This document shows, one piece after another, positions 53,709 through 62,963 of a DNA stretch of 64,000 bases. The DNA comes from an uncultured Methanoregulaceae archaeon (GTDB taxonomy: Archaea; Halobacteriota; Methanomicrobia; Methanomicrobiales; Methanospirillaceae). The stretch is taken from assembly GCA_963705255.1 (NCBI GenBank), contig OY970061.1, positions 416,001-480,000 on the forward strand. Direction: 5' to 3'. Each line of letters begins with the position of its first letter. The first letter of the stretch is position 1. Below the pieces are notes generated by a model. It was not told the origin of the DNA and searched no databases. It was given only the letters and a program-made list of their open reading frames with translations. Both the position numbers and the translations under genes were made by a program.

Positions 53709-54914
53709 TTACTTCTGATATTCTTTAAGACATACTTTGCCATATGAGGATGATCCTCCCCATATATTATCCTTAACCCACTCTCCCCTTTCAATTCTCC
53801 ATACACGTTTATCTCTAAAAGTATCTGCTATCTGGTCAAATTCTTCTTCATTCATATCAACATATTTTAACCAGCGCTCAAGATCTCGGCGGGGTTTTAT
53901 ATGATCGTATTTTCGAACCATCTCTATTCCCTGCTCACGGGTCATAATACCTAAACGAATATCTTTTGTTGCATGATCCGATCCTCGACCATATCCAAAT
54001 TTAACGAATTTCATATAGTCATGGATACCATTCTCATGCATATCATCTAAATTCGAGATTAAACGATATGTTCGTTCAAAAGGTTGTTGTGCTGCTCTCC
54101 ATCCATAAAGATCCATTGAAAGTTTCGCATTTTTATTACCATCCCATGGAACATAATTTCCTAGATAAATACCACGGATTCCTACAGTATCAATTTCTTC
54201 ATCCGTCGGATATTGACCCCACAATAAATCTTTTTCAGTTAGCCCCTCTTTTAATTCAGGTCGCCCCATACGTTCAAGCCCTTCATCTGTAAAATCGAAC
54301 CAATCGTATCCATGTAAAAAATGTTCCACGCGTGTTTTCGCTGTGAATTCTGGGAAATCATTAAACGAGAACATCCCACATAAATCCAGCCAAGTATGTT
54401 CACCCCAAAGAATCAACGGGACTTTGTATCGAACTGCCATTTGAATTGGAATTGTTGAAATACCACAATGATTTTGCCAGTTCATATCCCCCTGAAGTTT
54501 GAATCCAAGGCGATTCATTTTTATTAAAATATTTATGCTCGGTTTAAAGATAATGTGATCGCAACCGAAAACCTCACTCATTCGTTGAAGATTGTATTCT
54601 GCCTCAGGGAGGTAATTATTTCCATGATAAGTAATCAAAAGAGGATTGAGCCCTAGTTCTTCGATCGCAAAATGAGTCTGGAAATAACTGTCTTTTCCCC
54701 CACTTACAGGAATGATAATATCGTAGTTACTATGAGATCTATATGAATTAACAATCTTTTTTAATTTTTCTAACCTCTCACCCCAATTAATATACTTCTG
54801 CTGATCATGGACTCTGCACCCTGAACAAACACCATTTTCATCAAAGGTTAGTGGTGTTGCGGCCATTGCGGGATATACACATTTTGTACAATATGTCACG
54901 CTCAAAATTTCCAC
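53709..54914 (-). CDS. N-acetyl sugar amidotransferase (PseA-like)
   Basis: CTKC..CSGC, PVSGGKDS, WGE, HDYMKFVKFGYGR, IRLGIMTRE. Confidence 0.9.
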   Translation of the reverse strand: MEILSVTYCTKCVYPAMAATPLTFDENGVCSGCRVHDQQKYINWGERLEKLKKIVNSYRSHSNYDIIIPVSGGKDSYFQTHFAIEELGLNPLLITYHGNNYLPEAEYNLQRMSEVFGCDHIIFKPSINILIKMNRLGFKLQGDMNWQNHCGISTIPIQMAVRYKVPLILWGEHTWLDLCGMFSFNDFPEFTAKTRVEHFLHGYDWFDFTDEGLERMGRPELKEGLTEKDLLWGQYPTDEEIDTVGIRGIYLGNYVPWDGNKNAKLSMDLYGWRAAQQPFERTYRLISNLDDMHENGIHDYMKFVKFGYGRGSDHATKDIRLGIMTREQGIEMVRKYDHIKPRRDLERWLKYVDMNEEEFDQIADTFRDKRVWRIERGEWVKDNIWGGSSSYGKVCLKEYQK

Positions 54915-54918
54915 CTTA

Positions 54919-55725
54919 CTATAAACGAATGTTAATACCTGCCCTGGCTAACGCTCGTTTTCCCCCGCGATCCGCCAAGTCTTTGAAATGCCAGATATTT
55001 GCTGCGGCAACAGCTGAAGCACCTGCATGAATCCCCTCCTCATAATCCTCATAACATCCCACACCGCTGCAAGCAATAACAGGGATTGAGGTAGCAGAGC
55101 ATACATCTTCAATTAACTTTATATCATATCCTCGACCAGTTCCATCCCGATCAATACTTTGTAACAATATTTCACCTGCCCCACATCTTTCTGCTTCTTT
55201 TGCCCATTGTTCTGGATTTACTCCAGTCGGGGTACGACCGCCATCAATAAACACTTCGGTTGAGTTATTATCTCGTAATACATCAATACTGATAACGATG
55301 GCTTGACTACCGAATGTTTCAGCGGCTTTTGTAATTAGTTTAGGATTGCGAAATGCTTCTGAGTTGATAGTAATTTTATCTGCTCCATGTAAAAATTTTT
55401 CTCGCATATCTTCAATGGATCGGATGCGTCCTCCATAGGTAAGGGGCATAAAACACGTCTTACTGACACAGTCAAGAATGCTTACTGGGTCGTCTAAATT
55501 CTTTATTTTCAAATCATCACGACGTAAATCGTATTGATCGTGTCTACTTATGTCCAAATAAATCAATTCATCAACGTTCCATTCATTAAATCTCTTTACT
55601 TCATAAATAGGATTGCCAATAATTTGATGAATTTTAAATATCTCACTTCGAACTAGTAAACCATTTTGTAATAATAATATTGGTATTAACCTTTTTTTTA
55701 ACATTTTCTCACCATCAATAATCAA
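54919..55725 (-). CDS. HisF-like cyclase subunit (glycan amidination); start probably 55704
   Basis: MLKKRLIP, DELIYLDI, PLTYGG, GAGEILLQSIDRDGT. Confidence 0.88.
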   Translation of the reverse strand: MIIDGEKMLKKRLIPILLLQNGLLVRSEIFKIHQIIGNPIYEVKRFNEWNVDELIYLDISRHDQYDLRRDDLKIKNLDDPVSILDCVSKTCFMPLTYGGRIRSIEDMREKFLHGADKITINSEAFRNPKLITKAAETFGSQAIVISIDVLRDNNSTEVFIDGGRTPTGVNPEQWAKEAERCGAGEILLQSIDRDGTGRGYDIKLIEDVCSATSIPVIACSGVGCYEDYEEGIHAGASAVAAANIWHFKDLADRGGKRALARAGINIRL

Positions 55726-56329
55726 GAAAATTGTTTAGGACTGTAAGGCCGGTTTTTTGACTTTTCTCCGGGTGAAATTGGGTTGCAAAAATATTATCCA
55801 TTTCTATACTTGCAACAAATTCCCCGCCATAATTACAAGTTGCATTTATTATAGACCGGTTTTCGGGTTGAAAGATATAACTGTGAATAAAATAAACAAC
55901 CTCTGTATTTTTCATTCCCTTGTATAATTGGGCATTGGGTTTAATCTGGATATCATCCCATCCTATGTGGGGAATTTTGATCGAAGTATCTGTTGATTTC
56001 ATCTTTTCAACTGTACCTGGAATCCAGTTTAAGCCATCATAAACCCCGTTTTCCGTTCCTTTTGTCGCTAATAGTTGCATCCCTAGGCAAATACCGAGAA
56101 AAGGTACTTTGTTTGTTAATACTTCTCTTTTTAAAATATCAATCCATCCGATTTTCTTTAAATTATTCATACCGTCCGCAAATGCCCCGACACCGGGTAA
56201 TACAATCTTTTCAGCACTAATCAATTCCTCAGGATTTGAGACAATTTTTACCGGAGATCCTAATGCTTCAAATGCATTTGCAACAGAGCGAATATTTCCC
56301 ATATTATAATTGATTATATTGACAGTCAT
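55715..56329 (-). CDS. HisH-like glutamine amidotransferase subunit (glycan amidination)
   Basis: NYNMGNI, LPGVGAF, GICLGMQL, IPHIGW, QFHPEKSQ. Confidence 0.92.
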   Translation of the reverse strand: MTVNIINYNMGNIRSVANAFEALGSPVKIVSNPEELISAEKIVLPGVGAFADGMNNLKKIGWIDILKREVLTNKVPFLGICLGMQLLATKGTENGVYDGLNWIPGTVEKMKSTDTSIKIPHIGWDDIQIKPNAQLYKGMKNTEVVYFIHSYIFQPENRSIINATCNYGGEFVASIEMDNIFATQFHPEKSQKTGLTVLNNFLDY

Positions 56330-56421
56330 ATGTCACACTAGTGTTTTTATTTAAGTGAATTAAAGGATTCCTCTTAGGGATATTTATTTTACTAAAAAAT
56401 AAGAAATTGTATTGAGTTATT

Positions 56422-57432
56422 ATGGTATTAAAAGAAAACGATATTCGCCCAAATCAGTTTGTTGAAGGTCAGCAGAAATATATAATATCAGATCGAGAAA
56501 GATTGTTAAAGTTTAAAAAAAATTTCATCTATGTTCCATGTCCTGCATGTGAATCAGATCAATATTTTTCATTATTCGAGAAAAATGGAATAAATTATGT
56601 TTCATGCTCGAAATGTGAAACATTTTATATAAATCCCCGCCCCACCCCAGAAATTCTTGAATTTTGCTATGCAAACTCTGAAGTTTATGCATATTGGAAT
56701 AAATATATATTCCCCCATTCAGAAAAATCCCGTCGCGAACAAATATTTCGTCCTAGAGCCAAAAAAATTGCAGAACTCTGTACTAATTTAGGAATTTCTA
56801 AAGGAACGTTAGTAGAAGTAGGGGCGGGATTTGGAATTTTTTGTGAGGAAATTAAGCGCCTTGGAATTTTTGATAGGGTTATTGCAGTTGAACCGACGTC
56901 TGATCTTGCCAAAACATGTCAAGAAAAGGGAATCGAAATCATCAATAATCCAATCGAAAAAGTAAATTTTGAAAATCAATCTATTGACGTTATAGTCAGT
57001 TATGAAGTGATAGAACATTTATTCTCTCCACAAAATTTTATAAAAAAATGTGCAGAATTTTTAAAACCTGGAGGGATATTGGTGTTAACCTGCCCCAATG
57101 GGAAAGGATTCGAAATATTAGCGTTACAGGAAAAAGCAGATACAATTGATCATGAACATTTGAATTATTTCAATACCTCATCAATTGCTATACTTGTCGA
57201 ACATCTGGGTTTTGAGATTATTGAACTATCAACCCCCGGTGTATTAGATGCTGACATCGTTCGTAATAAAATTATGAATGGAACCCTTGATATATCATCA
57301 GATCATTTTTTACAATTCATTTTTACTGAGAATTGGGAAAAAATAGGACAAAACTTTCAATTTTTTTTATCAAATAATAAAATGTCAACACACATGATGA
57401 TAATTGCAAGAAAATTAATTAAAACAATTTAA
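56422..57432 (+). CDS. Class I SAM methyltransferase with zinc ribbon
   Basis: CPAC..CSKC, INPRP, VEVGAGFG, EVIEH, KPGG, EHLNYF. Confidence 0.88.
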   Translation: MVLKENDIRPNQFVEGQQKYIISDRERLLKFKKNFIYVPCPACESDQYFSLFEKNGINYVSCSKCETFYINPRPTPEILEFCYANSEVYAYWNKYIFPHSEKSRREQIFRPRAKKIAELCTNLGISKGTLVEVGAGFGIFCEEIKRLGIFDRVIAVEPTSDLAKTCQEKGIEIINNPIEKVNFENQSIDVIVSYEVIEHLFSPQNFIKKCAEFLKPGGILVLTCPNGKGFEILALQEKADTIDHEHLNYFNTSSIAILVEHLGFEIIELSTPGVLDADIVRNKIMNGTLDISSDHFLQFIFTENWEKIGQNFQFFLSNNKMSTHMMIIARKLIKTI

Positions 57433-57570
57433 ATCCTTTTAAAATTCTAGGTAGAAATGTATCTTTATTCCACTATGATTTTTATCAATAATGTTGATAT
57501 GATATGTATACATCATGTATGTAAGAATTTGTAAAACAATTTTTTCGTTAGATTAGTCGAGTGTATTTTC

Positions 57571-59028
57571 ATGAAGAAGGTGTTATTAGTCATTAATAAT
57601 GATGCATTCGGCCGTCAGATTAAACGATGGGCTCTACTATTAAAAAAACAGGGGGGATGGGAACCTATAATTTTTGTCACCCATGATTTTATTACCCCTG
57701 AAATGATGAACCCGCATTTAGAAGAATGTCGAATTAATGGAATAACCATTTTATCTTTTAATATACCTTCATCAGACTATCAATCAACGTCAATAAAACA
57801 ATCAGAATCCTCATATTTTACTATTTTTCCAAAATTGAAGGGATTATTAAGACAAATACCCGTTCTTTGTTTGATCCATCGAAAAATTTATCGGTATCTT
57901 TATTTTTTTACTAATACTATAAATTTAAAAAATGATTCGATAAAAAAGATATGGTTTATTAAAAATCAACTCCATCAAAATCAAATTGATGCATTGGTGA
58001 TTCCCGAAAGTGGGCCCGCATATGAGGCTCCTCTTTTTATTCACTCTGCCCATCTTCAAGGTATTCCGGTAATTACTGTTCCGACTGAAAAATTTGCAGC
58101 CTTTGATTATGCTGAATATTATTTAACCGAACCAACTTTAAATTTAAACAGTTTTTTAAACAAACTTGTCGGTCTACTTTTTCCTCGTTGGGTAATATCC
58201 CATAAAGGACATAAGATGCTGCGTGTTCGACCTGAATTACTAATCGCATTTGAATATTTAAAGATAAGTCCACCATACCCTTGGAAAATGATCGGCAATT
58301 CTGAGGATATTGTTGCAGTGGATAGCAAGGCCACTTACGATTTCTATCTAACTGAGGGTGTTTCACCATCACAGATGCAAATAATCGGAACATCAGAACA
58401 TGATTTGATGACAGAAATAATTCGGGATAGTGAGAAGAGAAGACGAGATCTGTACATTTCTTTGGGACTTCCAACCGATCGACCTCTTATATTATCCGCA
58501 TTAATCGCGAATCATTATTTATCTGGCCGTCCCCAATGCGATTTTAAAAAATATTCTGATATGATTCAGTTTTGGGTGCAATCTCTCGCTGCCGTTAAAG
58601 ATTATAATATTGTTATTAGTTTGCATCCATCCCATAAAATTGATGAAATAAGATATATAGAACAATGGGGAGTTAAAATTTGTCAGCAGGATATTACCTC
58701 ATTAATACCTCTTTGTGACATTTTTGTCGCCCTTTCATCAACAATTCCTTGGGCGATTGCTTGTAGCAAGCCAGTTGTAGTATATGATCCTTATCGTTAC
58801 AATTTTGACTCAACTATGTACAAAAATGTACCAGGAGTACTATATGTAAAAGAACAGCATGAGTTTATAGAAATACTGCGGCGTTTAACCGAGGATCCAG
58901 AATATTATAATGAAGTTGCTTTAAAACAGGCTGAATATGCTGAACAATGGGGACGATTGGACGGTAAAGCGGGAGAGCGTCTGGTTCAATTATTTGATCA
59001 AATAACTAAAAAACAAGATACACCGTGA
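57571..59028 (+). CDS. Hypothetical GT-B-like protein, candidate nonulosonic-acid/CDP-polyol transferase
   Basis: 485 aa; ISLHPS, LSSTIPWAIACSKPVVVYD, C-terminal DGKAGERL. Confidence 0.55.
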   Translation: MKKVLLVINNDAFGRQIKRWALLLKKQGGWEPIIFVTHDFITPEMMNPHLEECRINGITILSFNIPSSDYQSTSIKQSESSYFTIFPKLKGLLRQIPVLCLIHRKIYRYLYFFTNTINLKNDSIKKIWFIKNQLHQNQIDALVIPESGPAYEAPLFIHSAHLQGIPVITVPTEKFAAFDYAEYYLTEPTLNLNSFLNKLVGLLFPRWVISHKGHKMLRVRPELLIAFEYLKISPPYPWKMIGNSEDIVAVDSKATYDFYLTEGVSPSQMQIIGTSEHDLMTEIIRDSEKRRRDLYISLGLPTDRPLILSALIANHYLSGRPQCDFKKYSDMIQFWVQSLAAVKDYNIVISLHPSHKIDEIRYIEQWGVKICQQDITSLIPLCDIFVALSSTIPWAIACSKPVVVYDPYRYNFDSTMYKNVPGVLYVKEQHEFIEILRRLTEDPEYYNEVALKQAEYAEQWGRLDGKAGERLVQLFDQITKKQDTP

Positions 59029-59037
59029 ATACCAATC

Positions 59038-60384
59038 TTAATCATAATCTTCATTAAATGGTATAGTGTCTCCGTTCGGAAGATGCCAGACATAGGGGAC
59101 AATTATCGAATGGAAATGATTAAAGAAATTATCTGCTAATTCTCCTTTCATATTCAAATCTTTAGCCGTACCTTCAACATAAAAACTTCCGATCTCTATC
59201 GCAGGCATAAGATGGTGAATTCCCTTTTCATCGCGTATACTAAACCAGATTGAATATACTTGTGGTATTAATGGAATTTTCTTGAATATACAGGATATTA
59301 CCCCATGATTCTCAATATAATCCGGACGTGCACCATCAAATAGCATGTTGGCTCCAAACAGAATTCCTGATAGTCCAGACATATTAGTGATAACAATCCA
59401 AAAATAAGGTTTGGGAATTCTTTTTAAAGCACGAAAATGAATTTCAATATGCAAATCTTCGAAGGGCTTAAAAGTTGTCGTTATTTGACCCTCTTTGTTC
59501 TTAAAAAGTGCTTTTTCAATAACAATATCTGTATATCTTGAATCATTCTTCGAAGAAAAAAGGTCAGAATTTTTATTAATAGTATTCATATAATACGTCA
59601 CGATTTGTCTCGCATTTCCATCAGCAACAATACATCCATCATTTAATAATATTGCCCGAGAACAAAGATTTTTTATTGCGCCCATATTATGGCTGACAAA
59701 TAATACTGTTCTTCCTTCTTTTGCGATAGATCCCATTTTTCCTAGGCATTTTTTCTGGAACTGAATATCTCCAACTGCGAGCACCTCATCTACGATAAGT
59801 ATTTCCGGTTCCAGATGCGCCGCTACTGCAAACGCAAGCCGGACATACATCCCGCTCGATAACCGCTTTACGGGCGTATCTATGAACTTGTCAATCTCGG
59901 CAAACTTGACAATCTCATCAAATTTTTGTTCGATTTCCCTCTTGTGCATTCCCAGGATTGCGCCGTTCAGAAAAATATTCTCCCTGCCGGTAAGTTCCGG
60001 GTGAAAACCGGTTCCAACCTCAAGCAGGCTTGAAACCCGGCCCTTGATTTTAATGGTGCCGCTCGTTGGTGCAGTGACCCGCGATATAATCTTAAGCAGG
60101 GTTGACTTACCAGCGCCATTGCGACCAATGATACCAACAACTTCCCCCTGCCGGACATCAAATGAAATGTCCTTTAATGCACAAAACCTGTCGTTAGTTT
60201 TATTCAACTGCTCCCGGTTTACTGTACCTATCCTGGCGTTGGGATCTTCGGTTCCCCGGAATTTTGCCCATCCGCTTTGTAAATCCTGATATAATGTACC
60301 ATGGCTGATTGTGCCGAGGCGATATTCCTTGGAGAGGTTTTCTACACGAATCACGACATCGCTCATAGTATCAAATCTCTGCAT
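59038..60384 (-). CDS. wzt: Wzt/TagH-type ABC transporter ATPase with C-terminal carbohydrate-binding domain; start probably 60366
   Basis: GRNGAGKST, TGFHPELTGREN, PVKRLSSGM, VDEVLAVGD, VSHN, followed by ~180-aa Wzt_C-like extension. Confidence 0.93.
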   Translation of the reverse strand: MQRFDTMSDVVIRVENLSKEYRLGTISHGTLYQDLQSGWAKFRGTEDPNARIGTVNREQLNKTNDRFCALKDISFDVRQGEVVGIIGRNGAGKSTLLKIISRVTAPTSGTIKIKGRVSSLLEVGTGFHPELTGRENIFLNGAILGMHKREIEQKFDEIVKFAEIDKFIDTPVKRLSSGMYVRLAFAVAAHLEPEILIVDEVLAVGDIQFQKKCLGKMGSIAKEGRTVLFVSHNMGAIKNLCSRAILLNDGCIVADGNARQIVTYYMNTINKNSDLFSSKNDSRYTDIVIEKALFKNKEGQITTTFKPFEDLHIEIHFRALKRIPKPYFWIVITNMSGLSGILFGANMLFDGARPDYIENHGVISCIFKKIPLIPQVYSIWFSIRDEKGIHHLMPAIEIGSFYVEGTAKDLNMKGELADNFFNHFHSIIVPYVWHLPNGDTIPFNEDYD

Positions 60385-61241
60385 TAAATTGTATCCATAA
60401 AAGTTTTTTCTACATGGCTGAACAGCATTATTCCAATGATTAATATCAGAATGGTCATACCGAAACTAACTCCTAACATCCATGGTTGTATCGCTCCGGA
60501 ACCAAGAAATGCGTAACGGAACGTTTCGATAACAGCAGTCATTGGATTAAGAGCGAACAACCACTGCCATTTTACCGGAATCTGAGATAGTGGATAGACA
60601 ATGGGCGTTGCATACATCCAAAGTTGAACTCCGAATCCCAATGCCAATACCAGGTCCCGATATTTGGTAGTCATACTGGAGATCAGTATCCCTATGCCGA
60701 GTCCGAGTGCTGCCATCTGTACCAGCAATAGTGGCAGAAGTAAAATCCATACATTTGGCTGAATATTTGATCCATTCAGATAGTAATAGAGAATGAAAAC
60801 CAAAAATAAACCAAACTGAATTGCAAATGCTATAAGATTTGATATTACTATTGCAACGGGTACAACAAGCCGTGGAAAATATACCTTGCCAAATATGGCC
60901 GCATTGGTGATGAATGTATTAGAGGTCTGTGTCATGCAACTGGCAAAATACGTCCAGGCAACCGTACCTGCCATATAAAATAAAAATGGGGGTAAACCAT
61001 CGGTTGAAATATGAGCAATGTTGCTGAAGATCACGGTAAATACTATCGTCGAAAGCAATGGTTGTAAAAAAAACCATAACGGTCCAAGAACGGTTTGCTT
61101 ATAATACGCAACAAAATCCCGCCTTACAAAAAGGATAATCAAATCCCGGTATCGCCATAGTCCTGATAAATCAATGTCAAACCATCCGCTACGAGAACGA
61201 ATTTCCATGGTCCAGTTTGGATCGTCGTTAGTTGATTTCAT
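60384..61241 (-). CDS. wzm: Wzm/TagG-type ABC transporter permease
   Basis: YKQTVLGPLW, KVYFPR, YRD, YATPIVYP, LNPMT. Confidence 0.93.
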   Translation of the reverse strand: MKSTNDDPNWTMEIRSRSGWFDIDLSGLWRYRDLIILFVRRDFVAYYKQTVLGPLWFFLQPLLSTIVFTVIFSNIAHISTDGLPPFLFYMAGTVAWTYFASCMTQTSNTFITNAAIFGKVYFPRLVVPVAIVISNLIAFAIQFGLFLVFILYYYLNGSNIQPNVWILLLPLLLVQMAALGLGIGILISSMTTKYRDLVLALGFGVQLWMYATPIVYPLSQIPVKWQWLFALNPMTAVIETFRYAFLGSGAIQPWMLGVSFGMTILILIIGIMLFSHVEKTFMDTI

Positions 61242-61275
61242 CCGTTTTCCTCTATTCCCCTCACAAGAAGTTACA

Positions 61276-61488
61276 TTAGTCGCTCGGTTTCATTATTGAT
61301 CGTGTAATCATATCATACTTCATAGCCGAGAACCCCTCATTCAAAAGAGCCCGAGGGTACATCGAGAATGGCGCCTTCAGGAAATTGGCCATAGCATCAC
61401 GAAGTGTCTGATATCCTTCCTGCCGTCCGCTTAGGGTGTATTTCTTGCCGAGTCCACGGACGCGGACGGCGGGGTGATCGGGTGACAT
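61276..61488 (-). pseudogene. 5' remnant of another wzt gene
   Basis: MSPDHPAVRVRGLGKKYTL..QEGYQTLRDAM...EGFSAMK matches the Wzt N-terminus up to just before the Walker A region, then degenerates. Confidence 0.7.
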
Positions 61489-61612
61489 GGAAAGGTTCCT
61501 TAGAGAAAATACATCGTTCAGGTACTATTTGTATTCGGGATAATTGAATCAAACGGTTGTGAGAAGTCAGATCAAATTGGATATACATTCAAAATAGTGT
61601 ATAATCTATTAA

Positions 61613-62956
61613 TTAGTGCGGGGGAGTATATTCCCCAGAATGCCGAATTTTCATTGAGATAAATTCGTCGAATTTATCCAGCACATATTTCATCATCTCA
61701 TCCGTCAATTTCGGGGACACTCCAATCCAGAACAGGTTATCCATCACGAGATCGGTGTTCACAAGAGCACCGGGTGCCCGGTACTTCATATCTGCATACG
61801 CCGGCTGCTTGAGAAGATTCCCTCCAAAGAGCATCCGGGTAGCGATCCTGTGCTCTTCCAGATATCTGACAATCCCGTCACGATTGAACGGGGCATCCTC
61901 CCTCACCATAATGGGAAACCCAAACCAGCTGGGATCCGAGTGCGGTGTTGCATGGGGAAGGATCAAATACTTCTCGTATCTTTTCAGTCCCTGAGACAGG
62001 ACTTTGAAATTCTCTCTTCTTCTCTCAATAAAATCTGGCAATTTCCTGAGCTGCTCGACACCGATTGCAGCCTGCATATCGGTAACCTTGAGATTGTACC
62101 CGATATGGGAATAGATGTACTTGTGATCGTATCCCTTAGGGAGATCTCCCAGCTGCCAGTCAAAGCGTTTCCCGCAGGAATTATCGCAGCCGGGATCGCA
62201 CCAGCAGTCCCGGCCCCAGTCGCGGAACGAGGCGATTATTTTCCTGAGCGAGGGATCGTCTGTGCATACGGCACCCCCTTCCCCCATGGTGATATGGTGT
62301 GCCGGATAGAAACTGAAAGTAGAGATGTGTCCGAAAGTCCCGGTGAATTTTCCCTTGTACCGGGAGCCGAGGGCATCGCAATTGTCTTCGATGAACCAGA
62401 GATCATATTTTTGCACCATGTCCATGATGGTGTCCAGATCCGCGGGATTCCCCAGCGTATGCGGGACCATGATCGCTTTTGTCTTGTCAGAAATTGCACC
62501 TTCGATGAGATCGGCCTGGATATTATACGTTCCCGGGTCCACATCCAGAAAGACCGGGACCAGATTATTCTGGAGGATGGGGTTGAGTGTCGTGGGGAAA
62601 CCGCAGGCCGTTGTAATGACTTCATCGCCGGGTTTCAATCTCTTTTCACCAAGCTTGGGGGAGGTGAGCGCAGAGGCGGCAAGAAGATTTGCGGAAGAGC
62701 CGGAATTTGTCAGGAGGCAATAGTTCACACCGAGAAATGCAGCCAGATCTTTTTCAAACCGATCTGCATAGCGTCCGGTGGTGAGCCAGAAATCGAGAGA
62801 CGCGTCAACAAGGCTGATAAGTTCTTTCTCATCGTAGACCCGGCCGGCATAAGGTACGGGGGACGTTCCGGGTATAAAAACTTCGGCTCTCTTTTTCAGG
62901 ATATGATATTCTTTCACCTTTTCAAAAATTTCTTTCCGCAGTTTTTCAGGGTCCAT
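61613..62956 (-). CDS. rfbH: CDP-4-keto-6-deoxyglucose 3-dehydrase (E1, RfbH/DdhC)
   Basis: [33 protein letters not shown] (His in place of the PLP Lys), [20 protein letters not shown]. Confidence 0.93.
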   Translation of the reverse strand: MDPEKLRKEIFEKVKEYHILKKRAEVFIPGTSPVPYAGRVYDEKELISLVDASLDFWLTTGRYADRFEKDLAAFLGVNYCLLTNSGSSANLLAASALTSPKLGEKRLKPGDEVITTACGFPTTLNPILQNNLVPVFLDVDPGTYNIQADLIEGAISDKTKAIMVPHTLGNPADLDTIMDMVQKYDLWFIEDNCDALGSRYKGKFTGTFGHISTFSFYPAHHITMGEGGAVCTDDPSLRKIIASFRDWGRDCWCDPGCDNSCGKRFDWQLGDLPKGYDHKYIYSHIGYNLKVTDMQAAIGVEQLRKLPDFIERRRENFKVLSQGLKRYEKYLILPHATPHSDPSWFGFPIMVREDAPFNRDGIVRYLEEHRIATRMLFGGNLLKQPAYADMKYRAPGALVNTDLVMDNLFWIGVSPKLTDEMMKYVLDKFDEFISMKIRHSGEYTPPH

Positions 62957-62963
62957 AGGTCAG

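Noticed and set aside
27769-56329. hisH/hisF as histidine biosynthesis genes
   Set aside because: Each pair is coupled to an N-acetyl sugar amidotransferase inside a glycan locus, and no other his genes are present
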